Shown here: positions 37,086-45,559 of the stretch, piece after piece | Numbering within the stretch: position 1 is the stretch's first letter | How the letters are laid out: each line of letters opens with the position of its first letter | DNA from: Candidatus Micrarchaeota archaeon | Lineage (GTDB): Archaea > Micrarchaeota > Micrarchaeia > Norongarragalinales > JAPLXB01 | Direction: 5' to 3' | DNA: 64,000 bases | NCBI GenBank assembly: GCA_026396285.1 | Contig: JAPLXB010000022.1 | Location: 9,506 to 73,505 of the forward strand | Made by a program: the position numbers and the translations under genes | The notes under the pieces: model-generated | What the model saw: the letters and a program-made list of their open reading frames with translations, nothing else | The model's database searches: none | Told to the model about the DNA's origin: nothing

Positions 37086-38363
37086 ATGGGTTTGCTTGAC
37101 GGCCTGGCGGGTTTCTGGAAAAAGCCCGGACCCAAGCCGGCTGCCGGGCGCAGGGAAATGCGCCTCGGCGAACTCGAGTCCTTCCTGAAAACGGAAAGGG
37201 CGGGAAAGCTCGCGCCTTTTGCGGAAAAATCGCGGGACGCGTGCGGAAAAATACTGGACGAACTCGCCGACGCCGCGCGGGCCGCGGAATCCCTCAGGGA
37301 CGCGGAGCCGACCGGCAAATGGAGCCGCATCGGCGAACAAATGAGGGAAAACTTCATCACACGCATAGTCCCGACCCTTGGAATCGCGCGCCACGGCGAA
37401 GGCTTTGAAGCCGCCGCCGAGTTCCACTCCAAGGCGTTCGCGGCAATCTCGGCGTGCACGAAAATATTGTCGGACAACCGGTACCTCCTGCACTTCTTTC
37501 CCAAATCCATGGGCGGTTTCGCGAAGAGGATGAACGCGGCGTCGGCGCTCGTTGAGGAACTCGGCAAAATCGTGCAAGGGGGCCGGCAGGCGGCCGCGGG
37601 GTTTGACGCGGCGGTTGGCGCGCTGAGGGAACGCGAGAAAACGCTCTCGGAGAAGGCTGTTGCCGAGAAGGAGATGGGTGAGTTGGAGGCGTTCAAAACC
37701 GGTTTGAAAAAGAGGATTGCGGAAGAGACTGCGGCCGCGTTGCCCGGGGGAAGGGGGCTTGGCGGCGCGGTTGCCGGAGGAGGCGCTTACGGGGCTGTTG
37801 AAAAAATCGCCGGCATTGAAAAGCGCGTTGGGGCGCTGAAGGCGGAGTTGGCGGTGATGCTGAACCCCCTGGATCGGCTGTTTAGGAAGTTGGAAAAAAT
37901 TTCCCTTGAGAAGCGCGTGGCTGAAAAAGCCGCTTTTTACGCGGCCGGCCCCGCCGACGCAGTGGTTGAAGGCGGAGAGGAAGGGTTGGAGGAATTGAAG
38001 CGCCTTGCAGAAGAAGTCGGCAAGGAACTCGCCGCCGGCCGCTTGGAGACGGACGGGGAGAAGAGGAAGAAAGCAGTGGCTGCTCTGGAACGGATTGACT
38101 TTGGAAAAGTTTCCGCGGCAGTGAACGAACTGGGTTCGCTTGAGAAGGAAAAGGCCGCGGCCGCAGCAGTGCTTGAAAGGGAAAAGGCCGCAGAGCGCGA
38201 GAGGCGGGACTTGGAGGAGGAGCTTGCGGCGGTGGAAATGAAGAAGGTGGCGTTGGAGGAAAAAATACGCGGCGCGGCGAAAAAACTCGCCGAATCCGTG
38301 GCGGGCATTGAAAAAAGCGCTTCCGCGGCCGCTGGCGTTGAAATAAAAATAGCCGCTGAATAA
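37086..38363 (+). CDS. Ala/Glu/Lys-rich coiled-coil protein (cytoplasmic), first gene of the filament supercluster
   Basis: 425 aa from the ATG at 37086. The longer ORF-track version overlaps endA on the other strand. Heptad-like EELAAxxAALE repeats run throughout. No TM. It ends 25 nt before the first class III signal-peptide gene. Confidence 0.4.
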   Translation: MGLLDGLAGFWKKPGPKPAAGRREMRLGELESFLKTERAGKLAPFAEKSRDACGKILDELADAARAAESLRDAEPTGKWSRIGEQMRENFITRIVPTLGIARHGEGFEAAAEFHSKAFAAISACTKILSDNRYLLHFFPKSMGGFAKRMNAASALVEELGKIVQGGRQAAAGFDAAVGALREREKTLSEKAVAEKEMGELEAFKTGLKKRIAEETAAALPGGRGLGGAVAGGGAYGAVEKIAGIEKRVGALKAELAVMLNPLDRLFRKLEKISLEKRVAEKAAFYAAGPADAVVEGGEEGLEELKRLAEEVGKELAAGRLETDGEKRKKAVAALERIDFGKVSAAVNELGSLEKEKAAAAAVLEREKAAERERRDLEEELAAVEMKKVALEEKIRGAAKKLAESVAGIEKSASAAAGVEIKIAAE

Positions 38364-38387
38364 CGCTGAATAAGTAATTCGGGGAGA

Positions 38388-38813
38388 TTGCTTCGGGTGG
38401 ATTGCTTGAGGGGACAGGCTGGTCTTGAATACGCGGCGATGGTGGCGATTGCAATCGCCATCATGGTTCCAATCTGGCTGTATGCGAGCGGCAGCATGGC
38501 TTCCGCAAAAGCGGAACTCCAATCGTCATACGCGAGGCAGCTCGTGAACAAGGTCTCAAACGCTGCTGACACCGTTTTCGTCCAAGGCGAGCCAGCCCAG
38601 TTGACGCTTTTTGTTGAATTTCCGGAAGGGCTGACTTCCGCGACCGTTGCCGGAAACGAAATTTCGTTCAGGCTTGTTACCGCGGCAGGCCCGACTGACG
38701 TTTACGCCGTCTCTCTTGCGAACCTCAGCGGCTCACTTTCAACGCGGCCGGGAAAGCACCGCGTCATAGTGAAGGCGTCTGGCGGGGCAGTCACGGTAAG
38801 CGAGGGTGATTGA
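38388..38813 (+). CDS. Class III (prepilin-type) signal peptide protein, pilin/FlaF-G-like
   Basis: 141 aa. The N-terminus ...LRGQAGLEYAAMVAIAIAIMV has a basic residue, G|Q, and E at +5 of a 20-aa hydrophobic helix. Confidence 0.55.
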   Translation: MLRVDCLRGQAGLEYAAMVAIAIAIMVPIWLYASGSMASAKAELQSSYARQLVNKVSNAADTVFVQGEPAQLTLFVEFPEGLTSATVAGNEISFRLVTAAGPTDVYAVSLANLSGSLSTRPGKHRVIVKASGGAVTVSEGD

Positions 38814-39206
38814 ATCCGCGCCCAGTCCTCCATTGAACTCCTCGCCGTAGTCGGCTTTTTGATAGCGATGTTCGCGGCTTTCACCGCAGTGAGCGACGCA
38901 AACAAGACATCCGCCCTTGAAAGGTCTGTTACAATGGACGCGAAACGCGTGTGCGACGCCGCCGCCGGTGAAATAAACACTGCCGAAAGCGTGGGGGACG
39001 GGTATTCCCATTCATTCCTCATCCCTGACTTCATTTTCGGGAGAGTCAATTTCTCCGTTCAACTTGTTCCCGAGACGCGGACCGTGGCGTGCTCGTGGAG
39101 CGGCGGCTTTTATGAAAGCCCGGTGCTTGCGGCGAATTTCACGGGCAACGTGCGCAAGGGAACAAACACGGTAACCAATTTCGCGGGAGTGGTTTCAGTT
39201 GGCTAG
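38814..39206 (+). CDS. Class III signal peptide protein (start codon unresolved)
   Basis: In frame directly after the TGA of the previous gene the sequence reads IRAQSSIELLAVVGFLIAMFAAFTAV, a prepilin-like N-terminus. No ATG/GTG precedes it. The first conventional start is the TTG at 38859, which would cut the hydrophobic helix. Confidence 0.35.
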   Translation: MRAQSSIELLAVVGFLIAMFAAFTAVSDANKTSALERSVTMDAKRVCDAAAGEINTAESVGDGYSHSFLIPDFIFGRVNFSVQLVPETRTVACSWSGGFYESPVLAANFTGNVRKGTNTVTNFAGVVSVG

Positions 39207-40317
39207 GGCGCAGGTTTTTGCAACAGATTTTGCCGCAAGCATCGTGATATTCTTTTCAGCGGTCTTGGTGGTTTCGCTGGCATGGAACGGTTTCCTGTCC
39301 GAATCAGCGGACGCTTCAACCCGCCACGCGATGCTCGTTTCGGCCCACTACGCCGCCGACGCCCTCGTGCAAACCCAGGGGGTGCCGGCCGCATGGAACG
39401 AGTCAACCGCCGTAGCAATTGGTTTGGCGGACGGCGAGCGCGTGCTTAACCTTTCGAAAATAATTTCCCTCCGGAAAATGGATTACGACGAGGCAAAGGC
39501 CATGCTGCGGCTCGGGCCATACCACTTCCGGCTGTCCATCACGGGAAAGAACGGCACGCTGCATTCCGGAATAATGCGGCCGAAAATCGCGCTTTTCGCA
39601 GTTGAAAAAACAGACCTCCTGCCGGTCGTGAACTCGTCGGGAATGCCGTGGGACTTTTACTACGGAAAGGAAGCGCCGGTTCCGGAAGGGCTTACTGCCG
39701 GCAAGGCGATAAGCGGCCCAAAGGCGGGCGTTTTCAACATGATGCTTGGAAACGGTTCCGCGTATTCCTTCATCGTCATAGAGGAACCGCGGCTCGCCCA
39801 AGCCGATGTCGATGCCGCTTCCCTTGAATCGTTCGTGCGACGCGGCGGCACCCTTTTACTTGAAGACGGCATCGGATGGGACGGCGAACTGCTGGTGGAG
39901 AATTACGGCATGCATGCAGTGGGTTTCGGGGAAAACCATGACGGGCCAGTTGTTTCCGGCGGGTATTTCCTTTCAAACGTTTCCCCCGGCGAATTAGTCT
40001 CCTTCGGTTCGTCGCAGTGGGGTTTGTTCCAGGCAGCGGGCGACTCGCCGATTTCAATGCACGTCGCGGACTCGGGCAACGCGTCACTCGCGCTGGCGGC
40101 GTCATGGAAGCACGGCTTTGGCACGATTTACTATCTTGCAGACGCTTCTGGTTCCGTTGGCGGAACGCCCCTCATCAACTCCCTGAACTTGGTCGGGGAA
40201 CCGCTGGAATACGGGCTTGAAGGAAACCCTTATGATGCTGCAGTGGTGACGCGCGCGGTGATAGTGCGGGGCGACTGGTCGGTTCCGGCAAATCTCGGCG
40301 TGGTGGTTTGGAAATGA
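39199..40317 (+). CDS. Class III signal peptide protein (372 aa)
   Basis: TTG start. (M)ARAQVFATDFAASIVIFFSAVLVV is a prepilin-like N-terminus. It overlaps its neighbours by 8 nt and 10 nt. Confidence 0.5.
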   Translation: MARAQVFATDFAASIVIFFSAVLVVSLAWNGFLSESADASTRHAMLVSAHYAADALVQTQGVPAAWNESTAVAIGLADGERVLNLSKIISLRKMDYDEAKAMLRLGPYHFRLSITGKNGTLHSGIMRPKIALFAVEKTDLLPVVNSSGMPWDFYYGKEAPVPEGLTAGKAISGPKAGVFNMMLGNGSAYSFIVIEEPRLAQADVDAASLESFVRRGGTLLLEDGIGWDGELLVENYGMHAVGFGENHDGPVVSGGYFLSNVSPGELVSFGSSQWGLFQAAGDSPISMHVADSGNASLALAASWKHGFGTIYYLADASGSVGGTPLINSLNLVGEPLEYGLEGNPYDAAVVTRAVIVRGDWSVPANLGVVVWK

Positions 40318-43300
40318 AAAGAATGTTTTTCCTCAGCCTGGATTCGCTGGTGGCGATAACCCTGCTGCTCGCCATTGTCCCGGCAATCGCTTTTTTTGAA
40401 AGCGCGTCCACGAACCAGGTGCTGCTTCAAAAGCAGTTGTACGTCCAGTCAGCGGACCTCGCCGACGTGATGTCCAAACTCAAGTTGGCTGACGTGGCAA
40501 CCGAACCAGTGGTTTCAAACGCGGTTGCCGCCGGCCTGATTGCCGAAAGCGACTTGAACAGGACCTTCCTTGAGGAACTCGTGGAGTTGTGGGCTTCGGG
40601 CACCGCCGGGAACGCGAGTCTGGCGCGCAACCTGACTGAAGGGATATTTTCCGGTTTTGTTTCCGGCAACCTGCGGTGGGCAGTCCTGTTGGACGGGGAC
40701 GAGATATTCAACTCATCCGGCGGAACAGGCTACCTTGTTGCTGCCGGGCGGAAAATAATATCGGGCCGGACGCGCAACGTTTCGGCCACGGGCTGCATTG
40801 CCAGCGCGGGCCTGCACTCCATTAAAAGCAAGTCTGCGGCCGCGTACTCGTTTTTCGGGGGTTTCGAGGGCGAAGGCAACCTCACGAAGGTAGTCAAGGG
40901 AATTCCTGATTCGTCCACGGTCAGCCTGATTCATCTCGAATTGTCCGCGGGGAACGCCTTCGAGCTGTCCGTCAACAACCATTCATGCGGCATTTTCAAC
41001 GCGACTCCAGGCAACCTCTCAGTCGACTCCTGGGAAATAACCGATGCCAACTGCACCGGCGCCATAGCCCCCGGCGAAGACAATTACTTTTACCTCAACT
41101 TCTCCGAAGCCCCTCTTGAAAAAAGCTACATCGGCGGCGGTTTCATAAAAGTAGTGTACGACACCAGCGAACTGAACCCGCCTTCCCCCAACGTTTTCCG
41201 CCACGACTTTCCAGGGATAAACGGCCTCATCAACTATTACTCCTCGTTCTATGTCCCGGGCAACGTGACTTCAATGAACCTCCGCCTCCACCTGTACAAC
41301 AATTACACCACATATGTAACAATAGGCAACGCAACGGTAATGAACTTTTCAGGCACCAACGAGTCCAGGTGGGTCAACGCCACCGACGCAAACCTTTCGG
41401 CCCTCCTGAACTATTCCCAAACCGGCTCGGCCACGATTCCGATACGAATAGGTGTGGAAGCTAACGTGACCAGCGGTAAGGTAAACGGGACCGCCGACGT
41501 CGTCCTCATAACCGATATTTCAGGGAGCATGGACTGGCAGATGAACAACAGCAACACCGGCACGCTAGTGAACAACTGCAGCGACCCCCGGCTGTACAGC
41601 TACACGACGAAGAGGATAAGCCTCGCAAAATGCCTTGACAAGAATTTCGTGGACCAAGTGCTCAGCCTGGAAGGCAACCGCGTCGCGCTGGTGGCATTCA
41701 ACAACAGCGTCGCGGCATACGAAAACCTGACTTCAAACGCGACCTACCTCGGCGGCATGATCAACAGGTACGCCGCAGTGGGCTCCACCTGCATCGCCTG
41801 CGCAATAAACAAGGCCTACGACCTCCTCGCCCAGCAAAGCACGGCAGGAAGGAAAAAATACATCGTGGTAATGAGCGACGGCGTCGCCAACCAGCGGGCC
41901 ACCCCCACGTGCTCGAACCTGAACGGCGTGAGCTGCGTCAACTCGGCGGCATTCGCGGTCGGAAACCTGGGAAACCGGATTGCGGCGTACAACCCCGCAT
42001 CGGACGACTGGGAGGCGCTGGAAACGAACTTCACGAGCACGTTCCGCGCCACGGCGGCCCTCAACTCGTCGTTCGCTTTCGCGGTAGGCGACTCGGGCAT
42101 AATACTCAAATGGGACGGGGCGAACTGGGCGAATGTCTCAAGCGCGTTCACCAACACTCTGCGCGGCGTCGCCATTTTCAACTCGTCCCTGGCGTTCGCG
42201 GTAGGCGACTCGGGCAGGATACTGAAATGGAACGGCACGACGTGGGCCAACGTTTCCAGCGGCGTGTCGGACAACCTGCGCGGCGTTTCGTTTGCGAACG
42301 CGTCCCTCGCTCTCGCAGTGGGCGACGGCGGGAGAATACTCAAGTGGAACGGCGCGTCATGGAGCGCGGACTCAAGCCCGACGACCAAGGATTACTACGG
42401 AGTGGATGCCCTCAACAACGCGCTCGCGTTTGCCGTCACTACGCGCAGCAGTTCGACCGCGGTGGTTGCGAAATGGAACGGCACGACATGGTCGTCCAAC
42501 TATTCGGCATCCCAGTCCCTGCGGGGCGTCGATGTCTTCAATAGTTCCCTTGCGTTCGCGGTTTCAACAAGCGGCAGGGTTTACCAGTGGTCAGGCGGCT
42601 CATGGTCATATACCACGCCGGCCTCGGATGAACTTGACTCGGTCAGCGTCTGCAACGCGTCGCGCGGCTGGGCCGCCGGCCAGCTCAACGGCCAATTATT
42701 GAAATGGGCTGGCTCGGCCTGGAGCACGGCGCAATACCCGCAATTCTCGTATGCGGGCGAATCGCCAACGGGCGTGGACTGCAGCGACGACGACTCCTGC
42801 TCGCTTTCGACGAGCATTCCGGTCAAGAACGCGAATTACAGCGCGTGCAGGGCGTTCAATTCAATCCAGAACCTCACCATCGACTCTATCGGCTTCGGCC
42901 CGGTCTCGTCCTGCCAGTTGGCGAACACCAGCCTTCGCTCGGTGGCGGACTGCGGAAACGGCACTTATTATTCAAGCGACAACGCCACGGAACTCGCGGG
43001 CGTCTACCGCCAGATAGCCGACAAGATACTGGTCCAGTCGACGATAACGCAGGTGCTGAACGTGACCGGAAACATCACGACGATACTCTATCCCGACTCC
43101 TACCTCGAAGCGGATTATTCGCCGGAAACCCAGCCGCCAGGATACCAGGAAATAACCGTGAACCTCGAAGCCGGGCCGTTCCAGTCGTGCAACGCGAGCT
43201 TCCTCGTGCCCCCCAAGATAAACGTGACCGAAGCGATGGCCACATCATATTCCGGCGTTTACTGGAGCGACAACGTTTCAATCAGGAACTCGCTGACTGC

Positions 43301-43877
43301 CGGGGAGTGGAAGAACCTCTTCTGGCTCGGAAACTACGGGAATTACACGCGCCTGGGCGACCCCTTCGTCATTCAGTTCCCGCCCTCGAACATCGCGGTG
43401 AACGAAACGAACCAAATTTACATCAAGACCGGGTATTCGCCGGCAAACTCGAGCCAGTACTGTTCCCAAGGCAACAAGCTGATTTATTCCGCCAGGATAA
43501 AGGCCGCGGTGCCCTACTCCCAGGTCCTCCCCAACTGCGGGGGCGGGGTCGTTCGCGTCTTTTACGACACCAACTACGACGGAGTCGCGGATTCCAGCGT
43601 TAATGTCACGGTGGGCTCGAACTCGTCGCCAGGATTCAATCCCGTTCCAAGGGACGTGTGGGAACTCCAGCCGGGCAGCAACGCGGTCGACGACGCTTTC
43701 CTGCGCCTTCTTTCCCTCCTCCGCCTCGTTTCAGGCAATTCGACTGCGCGGCCCGGGAGCGAGGAAAACCCCGTGAACTTCGCCCTCTCAGACCAGCTCA
43801 CTCCGGAGATAACCCTGACTACCGGAATACCTTACTTATGGGGACCGGTTCAAGTGGAGGTGATAACATGGGTGTGA
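40308..43877 (+). CDS. Large pilin-like protein with vWA domain and BNR/Ycf48-like beta-propeller repeats (1189 aa); candidate tip adhesin
   Basis: N-terminal MFFLSLDSLVAITLLLAIV hydrophobic anchor in prepilin style. A vWA MIDAS DVVLITDISGSMDW...VALVAFNN...VVMSDGVAN. At least 7 repeats of SSLAFAVGDSGRILKWNGTTWANVSS (SxDxGxTW-like). Many sequons. Confidence 0.65.
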   Translation: MEMKRMFFLSLDSLVAITLLLAIVPAIAFFESASTNQVLLQKQLYVQSADLADVMSKLKLADVATEPVVSNAVAAGLIAESDLNRTFLEELVELWASGTAGNASLARNLTEGIFSGFVSGNLRWAVLLDGDEIFNSSGGTGYLVAAGRKIISGRTRNVSATGCIASAGLHSIKSKSAAAYSFFGGFEGEGNLTKVVKGIPDSSTVSLIHLELSAGNAFELSVNNHSCGIFNATPGNLSVDSWEITDANCTGAIAPGEDNYFYLNFSEAPLEKSYIGGGFIKVVYDTSELNPPSPNVFRHDFPGINGLINYYSSFYVPGNVTSMNLRLHLYNNYTTYVTIGNATVMNFSGTNESRWVNATDANLSALLNYSQTGSATIPIRIGVEANVTSGKVNGTADVVLITDISGSMDWQMNNSNTGTLVNNCSDPRLYSYTTKRISLAKCLDKNFVDQVLSLEGNRVALVAFNNSVAAYENLTSNATYLGGMINRYAAVGSTCIACAINKAYDLLAQQSTAGRKKYIVVMSDGVANQRATPTCSNLNGVSCVNSAAFAVGNLGNRIAAYNPASDDWEALETNFTSTFRATAALNSSFAFAVGDSGIILKWDGANWANVSSAFTNTLRGVAIFNSSLAFAVGDSGRILKWNGTTWANVSSGVSDNLRGVSFANASLALAVGDGGRILKWNGASWSADSSPTTKDYYGVDALNNALAFAVTTRSSSTAVVAKWNGTTWSSNYSASQSLRGVDVFNSSLAFAVSTSGRVYQWSGGSWSYTTPASDELDSVSVCNASRGWAAGQLNGQLLKWAGSAWSTAQYPQFSYAGESPTGVDCSDDDSCSLSTSIPVKNANYSACRAFNSIQNLTIDSIGFGPVSSCQLANTSLRSVADCGNGTYYSSDNATELAGVYRQIADKILVQSTITQVLNVTGNITTILYPDSYLEADYSPETQPPGYQEITVNLEAGPFQSCNASFLVPPKINVTEAMATSYSGVYWSDNVSIRNSLTAGEWKNLFWLGNYGNYTRLGDPFVIQFPPSNIAVNETNQIYIKTGYSPANSSQYCSQGNKLIYSARIKAAVPYSQVLPNCGGGVVRVFYDTNYDGVADSSVNVTVGSNSSPGFNPVPRDVWELQPGSNAVDDAFLRLLSLLRLVSGNSTARPGSEENPVNFALSDQLTPEITLTTGIPYLWGPVQVEVITWV

Positions 43878-44812
43878 GGGGATTCCTTTACTCCATCGCG
43901 CTCCTGCTATTCATCATTCCAATAGTGTTTTTCATAAGCAACTACTTCGCCATCGCGTCCGCAAACGACTACGAGGCAACAATAGGCATCCGGGGCAGCG
44001 AATTCGCGTCGTTCGTCAATTCAATCTCATCGGACTTGCCGCGCGCCCTCCTCATAAGCGGCCGCAACTCTGTTGCTTCGGCGGTGTCCAGCGTTACCGG
44101 GACCGGCGCGCCGCTTGACGACGCGGCCCTGCGGCTCGAGGAACTGGCGCTTAACGGGACGCTGTACGGCCACGCCGCCATGAACGCTTCCCTCTCGCGG
44201 TGGGCGCAGCGCGTGCAGGAAATCGGGCGCGCCCGCGGGTTTGAAACGCGGATGGTCTTCGAATCGCTGAATGCCAGGCAGCTGGATTCGTTCAGCCTCG
44301 AGTTTTCAGCAACCGTTTCAATAAACATTAGCGACCGGGTCTCGAGCATGAACGTTTTCAGGACGCGGCATGAGACTGCACTGCTGCCAATAAACGGCTT
44401 TGAAGACCCGCTCTATGCGCTTGAAACAAACGGCATAATGCACCGCGTCATAAGCGAGGCCAACGAGACAGTCTATGGCGTAGCGGGAGTCGACCGCGCA
44501 ATAGCACAAAAGTATTACCTGCCTGCCGGCGATGGGGCAAGCTTCCTTGACCGCCTCGAGGGCGCGACCCAGGTTTCTGAAAAATACGCGAACCTTTCCC
44601 AACAGCCAATAGGGCTGGAGACTTTCGTGGACGTGCAGGAACTGCTCGACAACGGCCTTGAAATAAAGCAGGACCGGACTGTGGTGGACCACCTTTACTT
44701 CAACGAAACCGCCCCTCCAGGTTATGCGGTGAACGGCTCGCAATACCCCTTGTTCAGGATAGATGCGGAGCACGCCGCCCTATATGGCGTGAACGGCTCG
44801 CTCGCAGGCTGA
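43868..44812 (+). CDS. N-terminally anchored extracytoplasmic protein (314 aa), prepilin-like N-terminus
   Basis: The ATG overlaps the upstream stop (ATGGGTGTGA). MGVRGFLYSIALLLFIIPIVFFISNYFAIAS then a soluble domain. The longer ORF-track start at 43658 is judged a spurious extension. Confidence 0.45.
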   Translation: MGVRGFLYSIALLLFIIPIVFFISNYFAIASANDYEATIGIRGSEFASFVNSISSDLPRALLISGRNSVASAVSSVTGTGAPLDDAALRLEELALNGTLYGHAAMNASLSRWAQRVQEIGRARGFETRMVFESLNARQLDSFSLEFSATVSINISDRVSSMNVFRTRHETALLPINGFEDPLYALETNGIMHRVISEANETVYGVAGVDRAIAQKYYLPAGDGASFLDRLEGATQVSEKYANLSQQPIGLETFVDVQELLDNGLEIKQDRTVVDHLYFNETAPPGYAVNGSQYPLFRIDAEHAALYGVNGSLAG

Positions 44813-44818
44813 GGCACC

Positions 44819-44834
44819 TTATTAAAACCGGTTT
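44819..44834 (+). promoter_or_regulatory. TATA-like element with palindrome (TTATTAAAACCGGTTT) upstream of the wHTH/ATPase gene pair
   Basis: AT-rich box centred about 25-30 nt before the TTG/ATG start at 44846-44855. The same ATTAAAACCGGTTT 14-mer recurs at 59781. Confidence 0.35.
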
Positions 44835-44845
44835 GAATAATTCCC

Positions 44846-45559
44846 TTGATTGAAATGGCTGCTGACGAAAACATTGAGACAGTCATTGACCGCTTGGTCG
44901 ATTTCGTGAAATTAAAAGGCAGGGTCAGCGCGGTCGAGGCCGGGCGGGCGCTTGGCATGAGTTCCGGCCAAGTCGAGGGCATTGCCCGGCTGCTTGAGGA
45001 CAACGGGCTCGTACAAGTGCATTACACCCTTATTGGCACGGAACTCGCCGCGGTTGGAAGGGATTTGAAGAAAAAAGAGGGGGAAAAAAGCCGTGCAAAC
45101 GAGCCGGGCGCCGTGGAGGCGTACAAGGACTTCGAATCCTTCGTCAAGGAAAGCGAGGACATTTTCGAGTTCCTCAAGGAAGAGGTCTTGAAAAAAATGA
45201 CTGCCGCCGAGTCCCTGCTGGACCGGCTGGAAAAAGAGAAACTGGACGAAAACGACAAGACCGCGGTCAGGAAGGAACTCCGCCGGGTGACAAGCACCCT
45301 CAACAACTTCGAACCCACTCTCCAAAAAATCGTGCACGGGGAAAAGGAACTTAGGAAGCGCATAAGGGAAATCAGCAAGAGGACGGCCGCTGCCGAGAGA
45401 AGTAAACCCGGGATTTGGGACGGCATCAGGGACTTTGTTGCAAAATTTAAGCGCCGGAAGAAGGGGAAAATTCCCGCTCCAAGCGCTTCTCCGAAGTCGG
45501 AGAAGCGCAAAAAGCTTTTGGAACGACTCAGCCTTTCCCGCAAAAGGGTGCTGAAATGA
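44846..45559 (+). CDS. Cytoplasmic wHTH-like plus coiled-coil protein, translationally coupled to the filament ATPase
   Basis: 237 aa. The N-terminal roughly 70 aa (VIDRLVDFVKLKGRVSAVEAGRALGMSSGQVEGIARLLEDNGLVQV) looks like a winged helix. A charged coiled coil follows. Its stop overlaps the ATPase start (ATGA). Confidence 0.45.
   Translation: MIEMAADENIETVIDRLVDFVKLKGRVSAVEAGRALGMSSGQVEGIARLLEDNGLVQVHYTLIGTELAAVGRDLKKKEGEKSRANEPGAVEAYKDFESFVKESEDIFEFLKEEVLKKMTAAESLLDRLEKEKLDENDKTAVRKELRRVTSTLNNFEPTLQKIVHGEKELRKRIREISKRTAAAERSKPGIWDGIRDFVAKFKRRKKGKIPAPSASPKSEKRKKLLERLSLSRKRVLK

Noticed and set aside
35753-37696. 647-aa version of the endA ORF
   Set aside because: The first roughly 260 codons are low-complexity Ser/Ala/Pro-rich and overlap the plus-strand coiled-coil gene region. 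The EndA homology starts at MAVTIEFDG (36904), giving a plausible 383-aa protein.
36888-38522. 544-aa minus-strand ORF, and similar long antisense ORFs (14417..15355, 15582..16502, 17355..18152, 18247..18891, 50028..50972, 50383..51228, 51130..51939, 33642..34400, 55735..56697)
   Set aside because: They are Arg/Pro/Gly-rich with no motifs and lie antisense to confidently identified genes. They are typical spurious open frames in high-GC DNA.
43658-44812. 384-aa ORF-track version of the gene at 43868
   Set aside because: The upstream 70 codons are Arg/Pro-rich and overlap the end of the vWA gene in another frame. The ATG at 43868 gives a prepilin-like N-terminus and a stop/start overlap.
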